From assembly GCA_963847445.1 (NCBI GenBank), contig CAWJZV010000042.1, positions 32,001-96,000 of the forward strand: a stretch of DNA of 64,000 nt, in the 5' to 3' direction. Position numbers and translations under genes: made by a program. Origin of the DNA: an uncultured delta proteobacterium. GTDB taxonomy: Bacteria > Desulfobacterota > Binatia > UBA9968. Shown here one piece after another: positions 50,807 through 60,810 of the stretch. The notes below the pieces were generated by a model. It did not search any database. It saw only the letters and a list, made by a program, of their open reading frames with translations, and had not been told where the DNA came from. The first letter of the stretch is position 1; every line of letters begins with the position of its first letter.

Positions 50807-53804
50807 TCAATTCAGCGCAGCTTGTAGTGACGACTGTTCGACATGCGCAGGAACGGTGAAATAAAACGTGCTGCCGGCGCCGGTGGTGCTCTCCACGCGG
50901 ATCTGGCCGCCATGCATGTCGATCAATTTTTTACATATGGCCAAACCGAGGCCAACCCCTATGGCCTTTTCCCGCCCGGGATGGCTGATTTGGTAGAACT
51001 CGTCGAAGATTCTGCCCGCTTCTTCGGGCGGAATGCCCGGACCGTTATCGCTTACGCCGACCTGGAGCCAATAACCGCTCTCGACGGATTCGAGAAAAAT
51101 GCTGACTTTGCCGCCATTGGGCGTGAATTTGACGGCGTTGGTCACTAAATTGGTGAGCACCTGAGTGACCTTGTCGCGATCGGCCCAGGCCAGATGATCG
51201 CGGTTAGGCGAACCGCCGTCCAGTTCGATAGCCTTGTCCCGAGCCATCGGCCGAAGATTCTCGACTACCTCGGTTATCAGCGAAGATAATTGAAATGTGC
51301 TGGGTTTGATCTCCATGCGGCCCGATTCGATGACCGAGAGATCGAGCAGGTCGTTGAATCAAGCGGGTTAGCCGCTCGCTGCTCTCTTTGATGCCGGTGA
51401 TGTAACGCGCTTGCTTGGCGCTGAGCGGCCCGGTTAGACCGTCGAGCATATTGTCGACCAAGCTGCCGATGGCGGTGAGCGGGGTTCTGAGCTCGTGGGA
51501 GACATTCGAGACAAAACCGGATTTGAGTTTGTCGAGCTCTTTGAGGCGATCGTTGGCCGACTCCAGCTCCCGCGTGCGCGCCTCAAGTTCCTGAAACAGG
51601 TTGATGTTTTTGATCGCGACCACGGCTTGGTCGGCAAAGGTGGTGACCAGTTCCACTTGCGGCTCGGTGAACGGCTCGACGAAGTGGCGAAAGACCACGA
51701 TGACGCCGATGGAGACGCCCTCTTGGAGCAGTGGCACCGCCAGCACGGTGCGCGTGGCGGTTGATATCGGCCCGCGCAACGGCGGCGGTTGTTCCAAGAC
51801 ATCGTTAATCTGCACCGGGCTCTGTTGGCGATACGCCTGCATCGCCGCGCCGTTCTCGTCGGCCGGTAGCGGCTGCTGCTCGACGTCGCACAGGCGATGC
51901 ACACCATTGCGATAGTGGGCGACATAGCGCAGCGCGCCGGTGTTGTCCGCCAGGCGAATGACACCGCCGGCGGCCCGAGTCAGCCTGACGGTGTCGGCGA
52001 TCATGGTATCGAAAAAACTTTGTAAGTCGCTCAGGGTATGCGCCATGGCGCGCAGCATTTCGGCCACCGCGGTTTGACGCTCCAGGGCATCGACCACTTC
52101 GCGATTGCGCCGTTCGAGCTCTGCGCTTTTGCTTTTTGCTTCTTCAAACAGGTTAACGTTGTCGATGGCCGGGCCGATCTGATCCGCCATGGAAGTGAGC
52201 AGCCGGCGCTCTGGTTCCGTCAATTGGCGCGGCAACCGGCCATTGCAGACAATCGCGCCCAACACCCGTCCCTTCGATTTGATCGGAAAGCTCGCGATGA
52301 AATGTATGCCCAATTCTTTCGCCGCGTGGCTTTGGCTAGCGGCCAGATAGGCTGGATCGCTTTGCGCATCGGCGAACAGCAGCGGTTCCCCGGTTTCGGC
52401 GACTCTACCGACAATTCCTTGGCCGCGCTTGAATAGTCTTTGCGCGAATCCTTGGGGCGCGTAGCCGGTCAGAGCGCGCACCCGCAGATCCGTTTGGTTG
52501 GGTTCATAGAGGTAGATGAGCACCGCATAGAGTTCGAAGATCTCAGAGATTTTCTCCGCCACTTGGCGCAATACCACGTCGATGTCGAAGGACTGAGTCG
52601 CGGTGGCGGCGACATCGAGAAGCGCCGTCAGTTCTTTGGTGCGCTGCTGCACTTTATCTTCAAGTCCTTGATAGGCGTTTTTGATTTCGCCGGCCATCTT
52701 GTTGAATTCATCGGCGAGCACTTCGATCTCATTGCCGGTTGCGATTTCGATACGGTGGTTCAAGTCGCCGGTACCGATTCTTTCGACGCCGCGGCGCAGA
52801 GCTTCCAATGGGCGGACCACGCGCCGGGCGACGAAGACGCTGGCGACCAGGGCCGTGGCCAAACCGATAAGCAAGAGGGTGGAGGTGCGTAGAATCGACC
52901 CATACAAGCTCTTGTGCGCCTCGCTAAGCGGCTGCTCGACGAAGACGGCCCAATCAAGGTTGGGGAGGAAGACAAAGGAGCTCAGCACATCCTGCCCGGC
53001 AAAGTCCTTGGCCATGGTCGTCCTCGGTGTGGGCGCCACCGGGTTGGGTTGAAACGCGGTCCGTACCTGGGTCAAATGCGCCGCGCGTAAGCGCTGTAAA
53101 ACTAAACCGGGATTGGAATGGGCGATCAGATCGCCGGCGCGGTTCACGACGTAGGCGTAACCGGTATCGCTGAACTTGAGATCGCGCACAACTTCCCAGA
53201 TCTGGCGCAAGTCGACTTGAGCTTGCAGTGTGCCGATGACATGGCCGGGAAATTGTTCAATGGGCACCGCGATGGCGATCGATGGCTCAGATTCATCGAC
53301 GAAGTTGACCGGACCAAAAAAAGTGACGCCCTGCTTGGCCTGGAGGAAGCTCGCAGCCTTGGAGAGGTTCTGTTCGTCGGCGTTTGGCTCGACCCTAAAG
53401 CGCGAGACGAAAGCCCGCACCCGGCCGTCGGCGCCAATGGCGAGCAGTTCGCTGATGGCTGGCGCGATCATAAGCAGTTTGGCCAGCTCGAACTGGTACG
53501 CCGGACCGATGCCCTGGCGCGCGACGACGCTGCTTACGGTCGCTGCCTTCATGTGTTCTTCGATGGTGAGAATGAATTGGGCGATGCGCCGCGCCGCGTT
53601 ACTGGCGATCTCGCCTTGCACCACGGCGATCTGTTGGCGGCTTTCGCCATAGCGGAAGTAGAGTTCGAGGGCGCCGCTGACGATCAAGCCGCCGCCGAGC
53701 AGCACGACAAAGACCATAAAATACTGCCGTGCCAGGCGGCCAGAATGATTTTGGATTTTGGTCTGCGGGGCGGCTTGTCGATTTGGGATTGTTTCGGAGG
53801 TCAT
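50807..53804 (-). CDS. Sensor histidine kinase (Cache-HAMP-GAF-GAF-HisKA-HATPase), frameshift ~51360
   Basis: Two TMs flanking a Cache-like domain (YAYVVNRAGDLIAH), HAMP (NEIEVLADEFN.M), two GAF-like domains, SHELRTPL; HATPase (NAVKF, DNGPG, GLGL) in the next frame. Confidence 0.92.
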
Positions 53805-53881
53805 CGCGTTTGGCAGCCAAGTCAATTATTGGGATAACCCAAGTTTTTCTTTTCACCACGAAGCGTCCATGAGCGCGGCGC

Positions 53882-54234
53882 GAGCCGCAACCGAAACTCG
53901 GAATATCTCTCGCAAAGACGCAAAGGCCGCAAAGGTCGGAAAATCACGGTGAATAAATTCTTCAAGATAATTCATCTCTGTCCCTCCGAACTGGGCTGAG
54001 CTTCGCGCCTTTGCGAGTATGACGGAATCCCATGTTCTAGTACTCCCGTTGACCGGAAAATTTGCGCAAGCCGCGTAAATTTCGAGGAGGTACGAAGGAC
54101 ACGAAGGTTTCGGATGGTTCACCGCCGAGACGCGGAGGACGCAGAGTAAAGAGTTTTTTGATTAAAATCTCTCCGAACTCAGCGAACTCAGTGCCTCCGC
54201 GGTGAAAGCTCTTTTCCCCCTTCGGTTGCGGCTC
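53882..54234. mobile_element. MITE-like non-autonomous element with perfect 14-bp terminal inverted repeats
   Basis: gagccgcaaccgaa (53882-53895) and ttcggttgcggctc (54221-54234); homologous pieces at ~21258 and 63899. Confidence 0.6.
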
Positions 54235-54265
54235 CTTCGAGTTTCATTGTCTGTCCAATCCCAAA

Positions 54266-55249
54266 TCACTGAAACACTTTGTCGGCTAAGATTAGCCGCT
54301 CCGGCGGAATTTTTAGACCGACCGCTTTAGCGTTTTTAAGATTGATCACCAGTTCCAGTTGGCGCGGCGCCTCGACCGGAAGTTGATCCGGCTTGGCGCC
54401 TTTGAGTATGCGGTCGATGTACCACGCGCCGCGGTAGCCGATTAAATACATATCGGGCGTGTAGGTCATCAGCGCGCCTTCGTCCGCGACCTGGGCTGCC
54501 GTGCAGCCGAACAGCGGCACGCCCATCTGCGCTGCGGTATCGGCCAGCGGCTTTATCCCTCTGAAAACCGCGGTGCAGATGAGAAACGCTCCGTCGATGG
54601 CGCCTTTGGACATGGGCTGGAGGACTTTCACTGCGTCTGCGCTGGAAGTGACGGGATGTTCGCTCAGTTGTATGTTCAGATGTTGGGCGATGCGCCTGAC
54701 CGAGGCGCGAATCGACTCCGGGGTGCCGATGGCCGGCCGCCCGTCGTAGAATAGCGTCACCCGGCGCAGCCCTGGTACGATTTCCTTGAACACCGCCAGC
54801 TGTTTGCCATTGTCCGCCTGGTCGCGGGTGTAGCTCAGTCCGGTGAGATTGGTATCGGGACGAGCGCGCGATTTGACGAACCCCATTCTGACGGGGTCGA
54901 GCGAGGGGGCGAAGACAATCGGGATCTCCTTGGTGACTTGCTGGGCGATGGTGGTTTCGCTGGCGCTCGAAGTGACGATGACGTCGACTTTCCGCCGCAC
55001 CAGTTCCGTCAGACGATCGCGAAGCTCCGCCGCGCTTTCGCTCCGCAGATGGTGAACGGTGAGGTTCTTACCGTCGATGTAGCCCGCCTCCTCCAAGCCG
55101 TCGAACAGGCCCCTTACTTGGGGTAGAACGATGCCGGGCTTACCGATGCCGATCAGCACCATCTGAGGTAACTGGGATCGGGATTGCCCGGCAAACGAGG
55201 CGCCCGTTAGTAAAAAGATAATGACTGGCAGTGCCCAGCAGTCTTTCAT
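54266..55249 (-). CDS. ABC transporter substrate-binding protein (ABC_sub_bind/DUF534 type)
   Basis: GLEEAGYIDGKNL, IPIVF..DPV.MGFV, NLTG, RILKGAKPDQLPVEAP..LELVINLK.AK..G. Confidence 0.92.
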   Translation of the reverse strand: MKDCWALPVIIFLLTGASFAGQSRSQLPQMVLIGIGKPGIVLPQVRGLFDGLEEAGYIDGKNLTVHHLRSESAAELRDRLTELVRRKVDVIVTSSASETTIAQQVTKEIPIVFAPSLDPVRMGFVKSRARPDTNLTGLSYTRDQADNGKQLAVFKEIVPGLRRVTLFYDGRPAIGTPESIRASVRRIAQHLNIQLSEHPVTSSADAVKVLQPMSKGAIDGAFLICTAVFRGIKPLADTAAQMGVPLFGCTAAQVADEGALMTYTPDMYLIGYRGAWYIDRILKGAKPDQLPVEAPRQLELVINLKNAKAVGLKIPPERLILADKVFQ

Positions 55250-55286
55250 CCTAATCCCCTGGTTCAGCGCGCCGGCAGGTCGCGGT

Positions 55287-56536
55287 TTACCGAAGCGATC
55301 CTCCACGCATGACCGTCTGCAAAGTCGCCAGAGTGAAAAGCGTCGGCTGATAACCTTGATTGTAGGACTCTTACGGCATCGACCAGCGTCGATCGGCCAT
55401 TTTGCACGTTGAGTAACGACCGCGGTGCCGAGGGACAGGGTCTCTTGGCCGTCGGCAAGTTTTACCGGTGTTCGCAGTGAGAACTGTTCCTTCCAATAGT
55501 TTCCCTTGCCATCCCAAGTCATTGCCCATAGAACTTCCAAGGGTCAGCGTATCGAAATAGAGTCGCCTTTCGGGGATAACAGTAACCGGAATCCTTGGGC
55601 GAGATCTCAACGCCATAGGCCTCGACGATTTCCCAACCTTCGTTTGACGGCAGATAGTCCCCGCTCTTGCGTTCAAACGGGATGCGTCTCCTGAGACAAG
55701 ATTGCCCAACATTTTAGTCCGGCCAAGAAGTCGGTAATTAAAATCGGCAACCTTTGCATTAAAGTTGTTGATGTCGTCGAAATTAAACTCACTCGGGGCG
55801 ATGGTGGCGCACCGTTGGGTCGGTGGCGCGCGGCGTACGCGGCGAATGCTCGGCACATAGATATAAAGATCGTCTTCTCTGTTGGCATCGCTATAGCGAA
55901 TCTCCAGGGTTGTCGTCCCAGCCGTGTCGCGCGGATATTCGTCGGCGCGCAGCTGCATCCAGTCGATATGTTCGTAGCCTGGGAGCGATGGCTTTGCGTT
56001 CAAGGTGACGCGACCGCGCGTTCTGATCGTGTGATGGAGCACGTCTGCGCGTCTTTCCGAGCCATCTTTTTCGATGGCGTAGCGGATGATCTTGCCTTCC
56101 CCCGTGCCGCCGCCGGTCTTGTAGTCGTCGCCGAGCCAGCGCCAGTAGAAGTTCCAAATAAGTTTCAGCGCGATTTGCGGATCGTTGGGAGCGACTTCAG
56201 GAAACGGCGATCCGGCGACATAGTTCAGCAGCTCGCCGTTCGCGGCTAATTTGACCGAACCGGAATATAGGCTCGTTGCCGCGTCAGATACTCTTTGGGA
56301 TTGCTCACGAACCGGCTTTGCTTGATCTTAAAACTGTAGCCCGACTTAATGCGGTTGAGCAGGTTCTCGCCGACCATGCCTTTGGCGCGCTGCCAATTGT
56401 TGGGGCCGATGGTGTCGCCGGGTTTGAGGTCAGGATCGGCGGCGTGAGTCGTTGCCGGTACGCCGAGCAAGAAAAAAACCAAAATCGCGAACCAGCGCGC
56501 AAGCCAATGAATTTTCTGTTGGGTCGGCATCATCAT
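55287..56536 (-). CDS. DUF1329 family protein, several frameshifts
   Basis: Signal peptide, LKPGDTIGPNNW, NYVAGSPFP..DPQIA.K.IWN, DDLYIYVPSIRRVRR, DD.NNF. Confidence 0.82.
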
Positions 56537-56618
56537 CGAATGACAGCTCCCGCGAATCGGCAGTGAGTGAGAGGATCGTCTCGTCTGAGCAACCCCAGTA
56601 TCGCAAGCGAATTATTAT

Positions 56619-56634
56619 AGCAAGCCACGCGCCA
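56619..56634 (-). promoter_or_regulatory. Sigma54 -24/-12 promoter for DUF1329-SBP(-HK-RR)
   Basis: TGGCGCGTGGCTTGCT (GG-N10-GC with TTGC). Confidence 0.75.
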
Positions 56635-56730
56635 TGGTAGGCTGGCTGCAGCTCTAGCAGCCTCTACTGTCGTAATTTGCTGATTGTCAGCCTCATTGAG
56701 GTTAGTGCGGTTCAATCCAGACGAGGAGAG

Positions 56731-56770
56731 TGAGTATTTTTTTACACATCTCTGTGTAGATTTTGATACA
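56731..56770. promoter_or_regulatory. Putative tandem UAS between divergent sigma54 promoters
   Basis: TGAGTATTTTTTTACACA-TCTC-TGTGTAGATTTTGATACA; two 18-bp units, 4-bp spacer; second unit contains TGT-N10-ACA. Confidence 0.6.
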
Positions 56771-56821
56771 TGCTATTGACGATTATGACGGGTCGCCAAT
56801 GAATTAGCTCGGTAATCACGG

Positions 56822-56836
56822 TGGCATCTGGCTTGC
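56822..56836 (+). promoter_or_regulatory. Sigma54 -24/-12 promoter for the DUF1302 gene
   Basis: TGGCATCTGGCTTGC (GG-N10-GC), ~37 nt upstream of ATG 56874. Confidence 0.75.
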
Positions 56837-56873
56837 CCATGGGGCGAAAGAAACAGGTTCATACGGGAGTGAT

Positions 56874-58529
56874 ATGAATCGGCGGTCGACATGTCATTTA
56901 TGGGTGGGGTTAACTTGGTTGGCGACGATCACGTCCACGGCGCCGCTCCAGGGCAGCGGGTTCGAGCAATTCATTCAAAACAACGTGAGATTCGGCGGTT
57001 TCATCGAAAACGCGACGGGGCTGGCGGTAAGCCATGGCAGCCGTTTCTTCGATACTACGAACCGTTTCGACATGAACCGGCTGACCTTACAGCCGGAACT
57101 CAACGTCAAGTTCAGCGATGACTGGAAGCTCTTCTTGGCGTGGAAGTTTGTCAAGGAGCCGCGCTACGCAATGGAAAGCGCCAGCCGCAAGCAGTCGGTG
57201 CAGCCGAGCGCCGGCGTGGGCGGCCTGTCGAATAAGTATTACGACGAATACAGTCCGGTGCCATGGGAAGCGGTGCTGGATTACAAACCGAGCGACCGGT
57301 TGGCGCTGCGCTGGGGGCGGCAGTTTATTTCCTGGGGCGAGACCGACGGCATTCGGCTGCTCGATATAATCAACCCGCAAGACGGGACGTTCGCCCCGCC
57401 GGCGGCGCCAAATCTTTTCAATCTGGACGAAACCCGAATCCCATCTTGGGGATTGCGCGGGCTTTACACGATTCAACCCGAGTCCAATACGATCCTCGAT
57501 GTTTTTGTCCTGCCTGGGGCGCTGGACCGGGCCAGACAAAGAGTCGATGAAGTGGTCGGCAGCAATGATACCAGTGACCGCACCATCAAATACGGTCGCT
57601 GGTCGAGCCATCCCGAGACGCGCATCGCCTTTGGCCGGCTGTTTGCCAATCCGCTCGGCGCGGCGCCGGTGGTCGTGCCCTTTACCCAGCGCGAGCTGCC
57701 GGAGTCGGCGGATTCGTGGAAACTCGGCGGCCGGCTGACGCATAATTTAGGCAAGCTCAATTTCGCCTTGGGTTATATCTGGGGATACAACCCCCAAGCG
57801 GCCGACATGGTTTTCAAGATGAAGGGTCAGCCGGCGCTGTGTGGGCCGCCGCGCTGCCCGCCCAACGGCACCAGGATCAACTTGGACTTGATCAACGGCC
57901 GCGGCCATAGCGTCGCCGGACAGTTCAACTATCCGATCGGCGATATGATGCAGCTGCCGGTCAACTCGACGCTGCGCGGCGAAGTGGTGCTTCTGCCGCA
58001 TAAGCCCTACAACATCGCGGCTTATCCTGGGCGCAATTGCCAGACCGGCGCCGCCACCGGCCTACGCGCCGGTCCGAGCTGCCGATATCCCGACGGCGTC
58101 GTCGACAAACATACGCTGCGCTACGCCCTCGGTCTCGATCGCACGACGCTCATTCCACTGCTCCACCCAGACGATCCCTGGCGCGCGTTCAATCTGTCAG
58201 TGCAACTTTTTCAGAGCGTTATTTTCAATCACGAGGACGGCATTCGGCCGTTTTCCAGCATGGAGCGGATCAAACGAGTATCGACGACACTGACGTTTCG
58301 CGCCGGCACCGGCTACTTGGGCGACACGCTCCTGCCGGATATCTTTCTCGCCTACGACCCGGCAGGTTACTACGCGGTCAATCCGGCGCTCAGCTACGCC
58401 CCGCCGGGCAACGAAAAACTCCGCTTCACTTTGACGGCAGTGATCTACGGCGGGCGCAATAAGTTCAAGTCCTTCGGTTTTTTCGACGAGAAGGATTCGG
58501 TGTTTCTCAAGATGCGTTATCAGTTTTAG
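56874..58529 (+). CDS. DUF1302-like outer-membrane beta-barrel protein
   Basis: Signal peptide; LRWGRQFISWGETDG..LLDIINPQD, LDETRIP; amphipathic strands; C-terminal MRYQF beta-signal. Confidence 0.8.
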   Translation: MNRRSTCHLWVGLTWLATITSTAPLQGSGFEQFIQNNVRFGGFIENATGLAVSHGSRFFDTTNRFDMNRLTLQPELNVKFSDDWKLFLAWKFVKEPRYAMESASRKQSVQPSAGVGGLSNKYYDEYSPVPWEAVLDYKPSDRLALRWGRQFISWGETDGIRLLDIINPQDGTFAPPAAPNLFNLDETRIPSWGLRGLYTIQPESNTILDVFVLPGALDRARQRVDEVVGSNDTSDRTIKYGRWSSHPETRIAFGRLFANPLGAAPVVVPFTQRELPESADSWKLGGRLTHNLGKLNFALGYIWGYNPQAADMVFKMKGQPALCGPPRCPPNGTRINLDLINGRGHSVAGQFNYPIGDMMQLPVNSTLRGEVVLLPHKPYNIAAYPGRNCQTGAATGLRAGPSCRYPDGVVDKHTLRYALGLDRTTLIPLLHPDDPWRAFNLSVQLFQSVIFNHEDGIRPFSSMERIKRVSTTLTFRAGTGYLGDTLLPDIFLAYDPAGYYAVNPALSYAPPGNEKLRFTLTAVIYGGRNKFKSFGFFDEKDSVFLKMRYQF

Positions 58530-58629
58530 CTCTGCTGTGCGACACCGAGAATTGGTTCACACGCCCTTGTCACTGCTTTCTGAGTCACATAAGATCGCGC
58601 GTGAATTTACTCCAGGAGCAAATAACCAG

Positions 58630-59082
58630 ATGATTCTTGACGGCACCATCGATCTCAATGTCCCAGTCGAAAAGGCTTGGGACTTTCTGATCGATATCAA
58701 TAAATTTTCCACCTGCTTGCCGGGTATCGATTCGGTGACGCAGATCGACGCGACGCGCTTCGACGGCGTGATTTCGGCGACGGTGGGGCCGATCTCGGGA
58801 AAGTTTAATTTTCGTTCGACCATCGTCGAGAGCAGGCCGCCGGAGCAGATGGTGGTGAAAACGGAAGGCACGGACAGCGTGACCAAGAGTACCGTGAATG
58901 CGGATATGACCGTCGATCTGCGGCGGGTTTCGGACTCGACGTCGCAGATGGATTACAAAGCGGACGTGAAAATCAAAGGACGGCTGGGCATCCTGGGCGA
59001 CATGGTGTTGCGCGCGACGGCGACTTTGATTTTGCAGGAATTTACCAAGCGGCTGCATCAGGGGCTTGGCGAGCAGGCGTAA
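58630..59082 (+). CDS. coxG: CoxG / SRPBCC family protein
   Basis: PVEKAWDFLID....CLPG...VGPISGKF...GRLGILG. Confidence 0.8.
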   Translation: MILDGTIDLNVPVEKAWDFLIDINKFSTCLPGIDSVTQIDATRFDGVISATVGPISGKFNFRSTIVESRPPEQMVVKTEGTDSVTKSTVNADMTVDLRRVSDSTSQMDYKADVKIKGRLGILGDMVLRATATLILQEFTKRLHQGLGEQA

Positions 59083-59097
59083 TTTTAGTATGGGGTT

Positions 59098-59227
59098 AGC
59101 AGGCCGTTGAAAAAGGCTCATCGCTTTCGTTGCGCTCGATCACCTCGCTCCAACGTACCGTGACAGTACGTTTTCGCTCTTCGATTTCTCGCGCGCCTCG
59201 CATCTGAACCATTTTGAACAGCCTGCT
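59098..59227. mobile_element. 130-bp MITE-like element with IS-type terminal inverted repeats
   Basis: Left end agcaggccgttgaaaaaggctca vs right end (reverse complement) agcaggctgttcaaaatggttca, 19/23 identical; no transposase. Confidence 0.6.
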
Positions 59228-59282
59228 GCGAGGTTTCACTTAAATCTGCGATAAAATTCTGATTACAGATTAGGAGTTTTTC

Positions 59283-60796
59283 ATGGCGGATAAGTATGAC
59301 GTAATTATTGTCGGCGGCGGGTCGGCGGGGTGCGTGGCGGCGAGCCGTCTTTCGGAGGATTCCGGTCGCAAAGTGTTGCTGCTCGAAGCCGGCCCGGATC
59401 CTTGGCCGCTGCCGGAGCTGGTGGCCAATTCCTCGATGCAGACGCGCTTGCTGTTGGAATCCGACTTCGTGTCTATGTTCGGCACCCAGCGCCATATCGA
59501 CGGCAGCACTTATTATGCGCTCGCCGGCCGCATCATGGGCGGCGGCTCGTCGGTCAACGTCATGTCGGTGCTGCGGCCGCAGCGCTACGATCTTGGATCA
59601 ATGGGTGGCGGCGGGCAATCCCGATTGGACTTACGAGCGCTGCTTGCCGTTCATGAAGAAGATCGAGTCGGACCAGGATTTTCCCGACGACCCGATTCAC
59701 GGCAAGGACGGGCCGCTCTACGTCAAACGCCAGTATACCCTCGACATGCCGATGTCGCCGCCGGCGCGGGCCTTCATCGACGCGGCTTACGCCATGGGCT
59801 TGCCGAAGTGTCCCGATCTCAATGTCCCCGAGCCCTATGGTGTGTGCGCTTCGCCCTACAACATCAAAGATGGCAAACGCCAGTCCACCGTGGTGGCATA
59901 TTTGAATGCCGCGCGCGAGCGCAAGAACCTGACGATCATCGATCAGGCGACCGTGCATACGCTCAAGCTCACCGGCAAGAAATGCGAGGGCGTCAATTAC
60001 GAGCGCGACGGGCAAATGCACAGCGTCCTTGGCGGGCAGATTCTCGTGACCTCAGGCGTTTACGGCTCACCGCAGATTCTCATGCTTACCGGCATCGGCC
60101 AGGCGGAGCAGTTGAAAAAACATAACATCGCACTGGTGCATGAATTGAAGGGCGTCGGCGAAAACTATCAGGATCATCCGGTGGTGTTCATGACCTTCGA
60201 GGGGCCGAAGGAGTCCAAAGAAGATTGGGTTGTGCCGCGCTTCCGCTTGATCATCCGCAAAAACGCCATCAGCGAGGCCGCCAATTTCCACATCAACATG
60301 CGGCCGCCGACGGAAGTGACCGGACTCAAGCGGATGATGCCGATCTCGGCGCATTTGCTCGAGCAGCGCAACCGCGGCAAGGTTTTCCTGCAGAGCAGCC
60401 GATCCGCACGATCAAGTCGGCATCGATTCCTGCATGCTCGAACATCCCGAAGATTTGAAAGCGATGGTCGAGGCGATGCAGTTCATCGATGATCTGGTGC
60501 ACCGGCCAGAGGTGAAGGAGTACTACGGCCCGCTGATTCAGCCCGGACCCGGCGAAGATTGGGGCGCGTTCGCGCGCAAGACTTACGACAGCTATCACCA
60601 TGGCGTCGGCACCTGTAAGATGGGGCCGGCGAGCGATGCCATGGCGGTGGTCGATCAACGACTGCGCGTGCACGGCGTGCAGAATCTCTGGGTCGGCGAC
60701 GCGTCGATCATGCCGGTGGTCAGCCGCGCCAATACGAATTTAACGTCAATCATGATCGGCGAACGGTTGGCGGATTTTGTCCAGGAGGTCGCGTAA
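59283..60796 (+). CDS. GMC family oxidoreductase, frameshifted (~59590, ~60400)
   Basis: IVGGGSAGCVAASRLSE..LLEAG, MGGGSSVN, VGENYQDHP, HHGVGTCKMG, VVD.RLRVHGV..L.V.DASIMP...NTN. Confidence 0.92.
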
Positions 60797-60810
60797 ATAT
60801 TCGGTCAAAA

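Noticed and set aside
55250-55540. Apparent N-terminal extension/fusion of the SBP ORF (54266-55540)
   Set aside because: The extension is a frameshifted piece of the upstream DUF1329 gene; the SBP signal peptide starts at 55249
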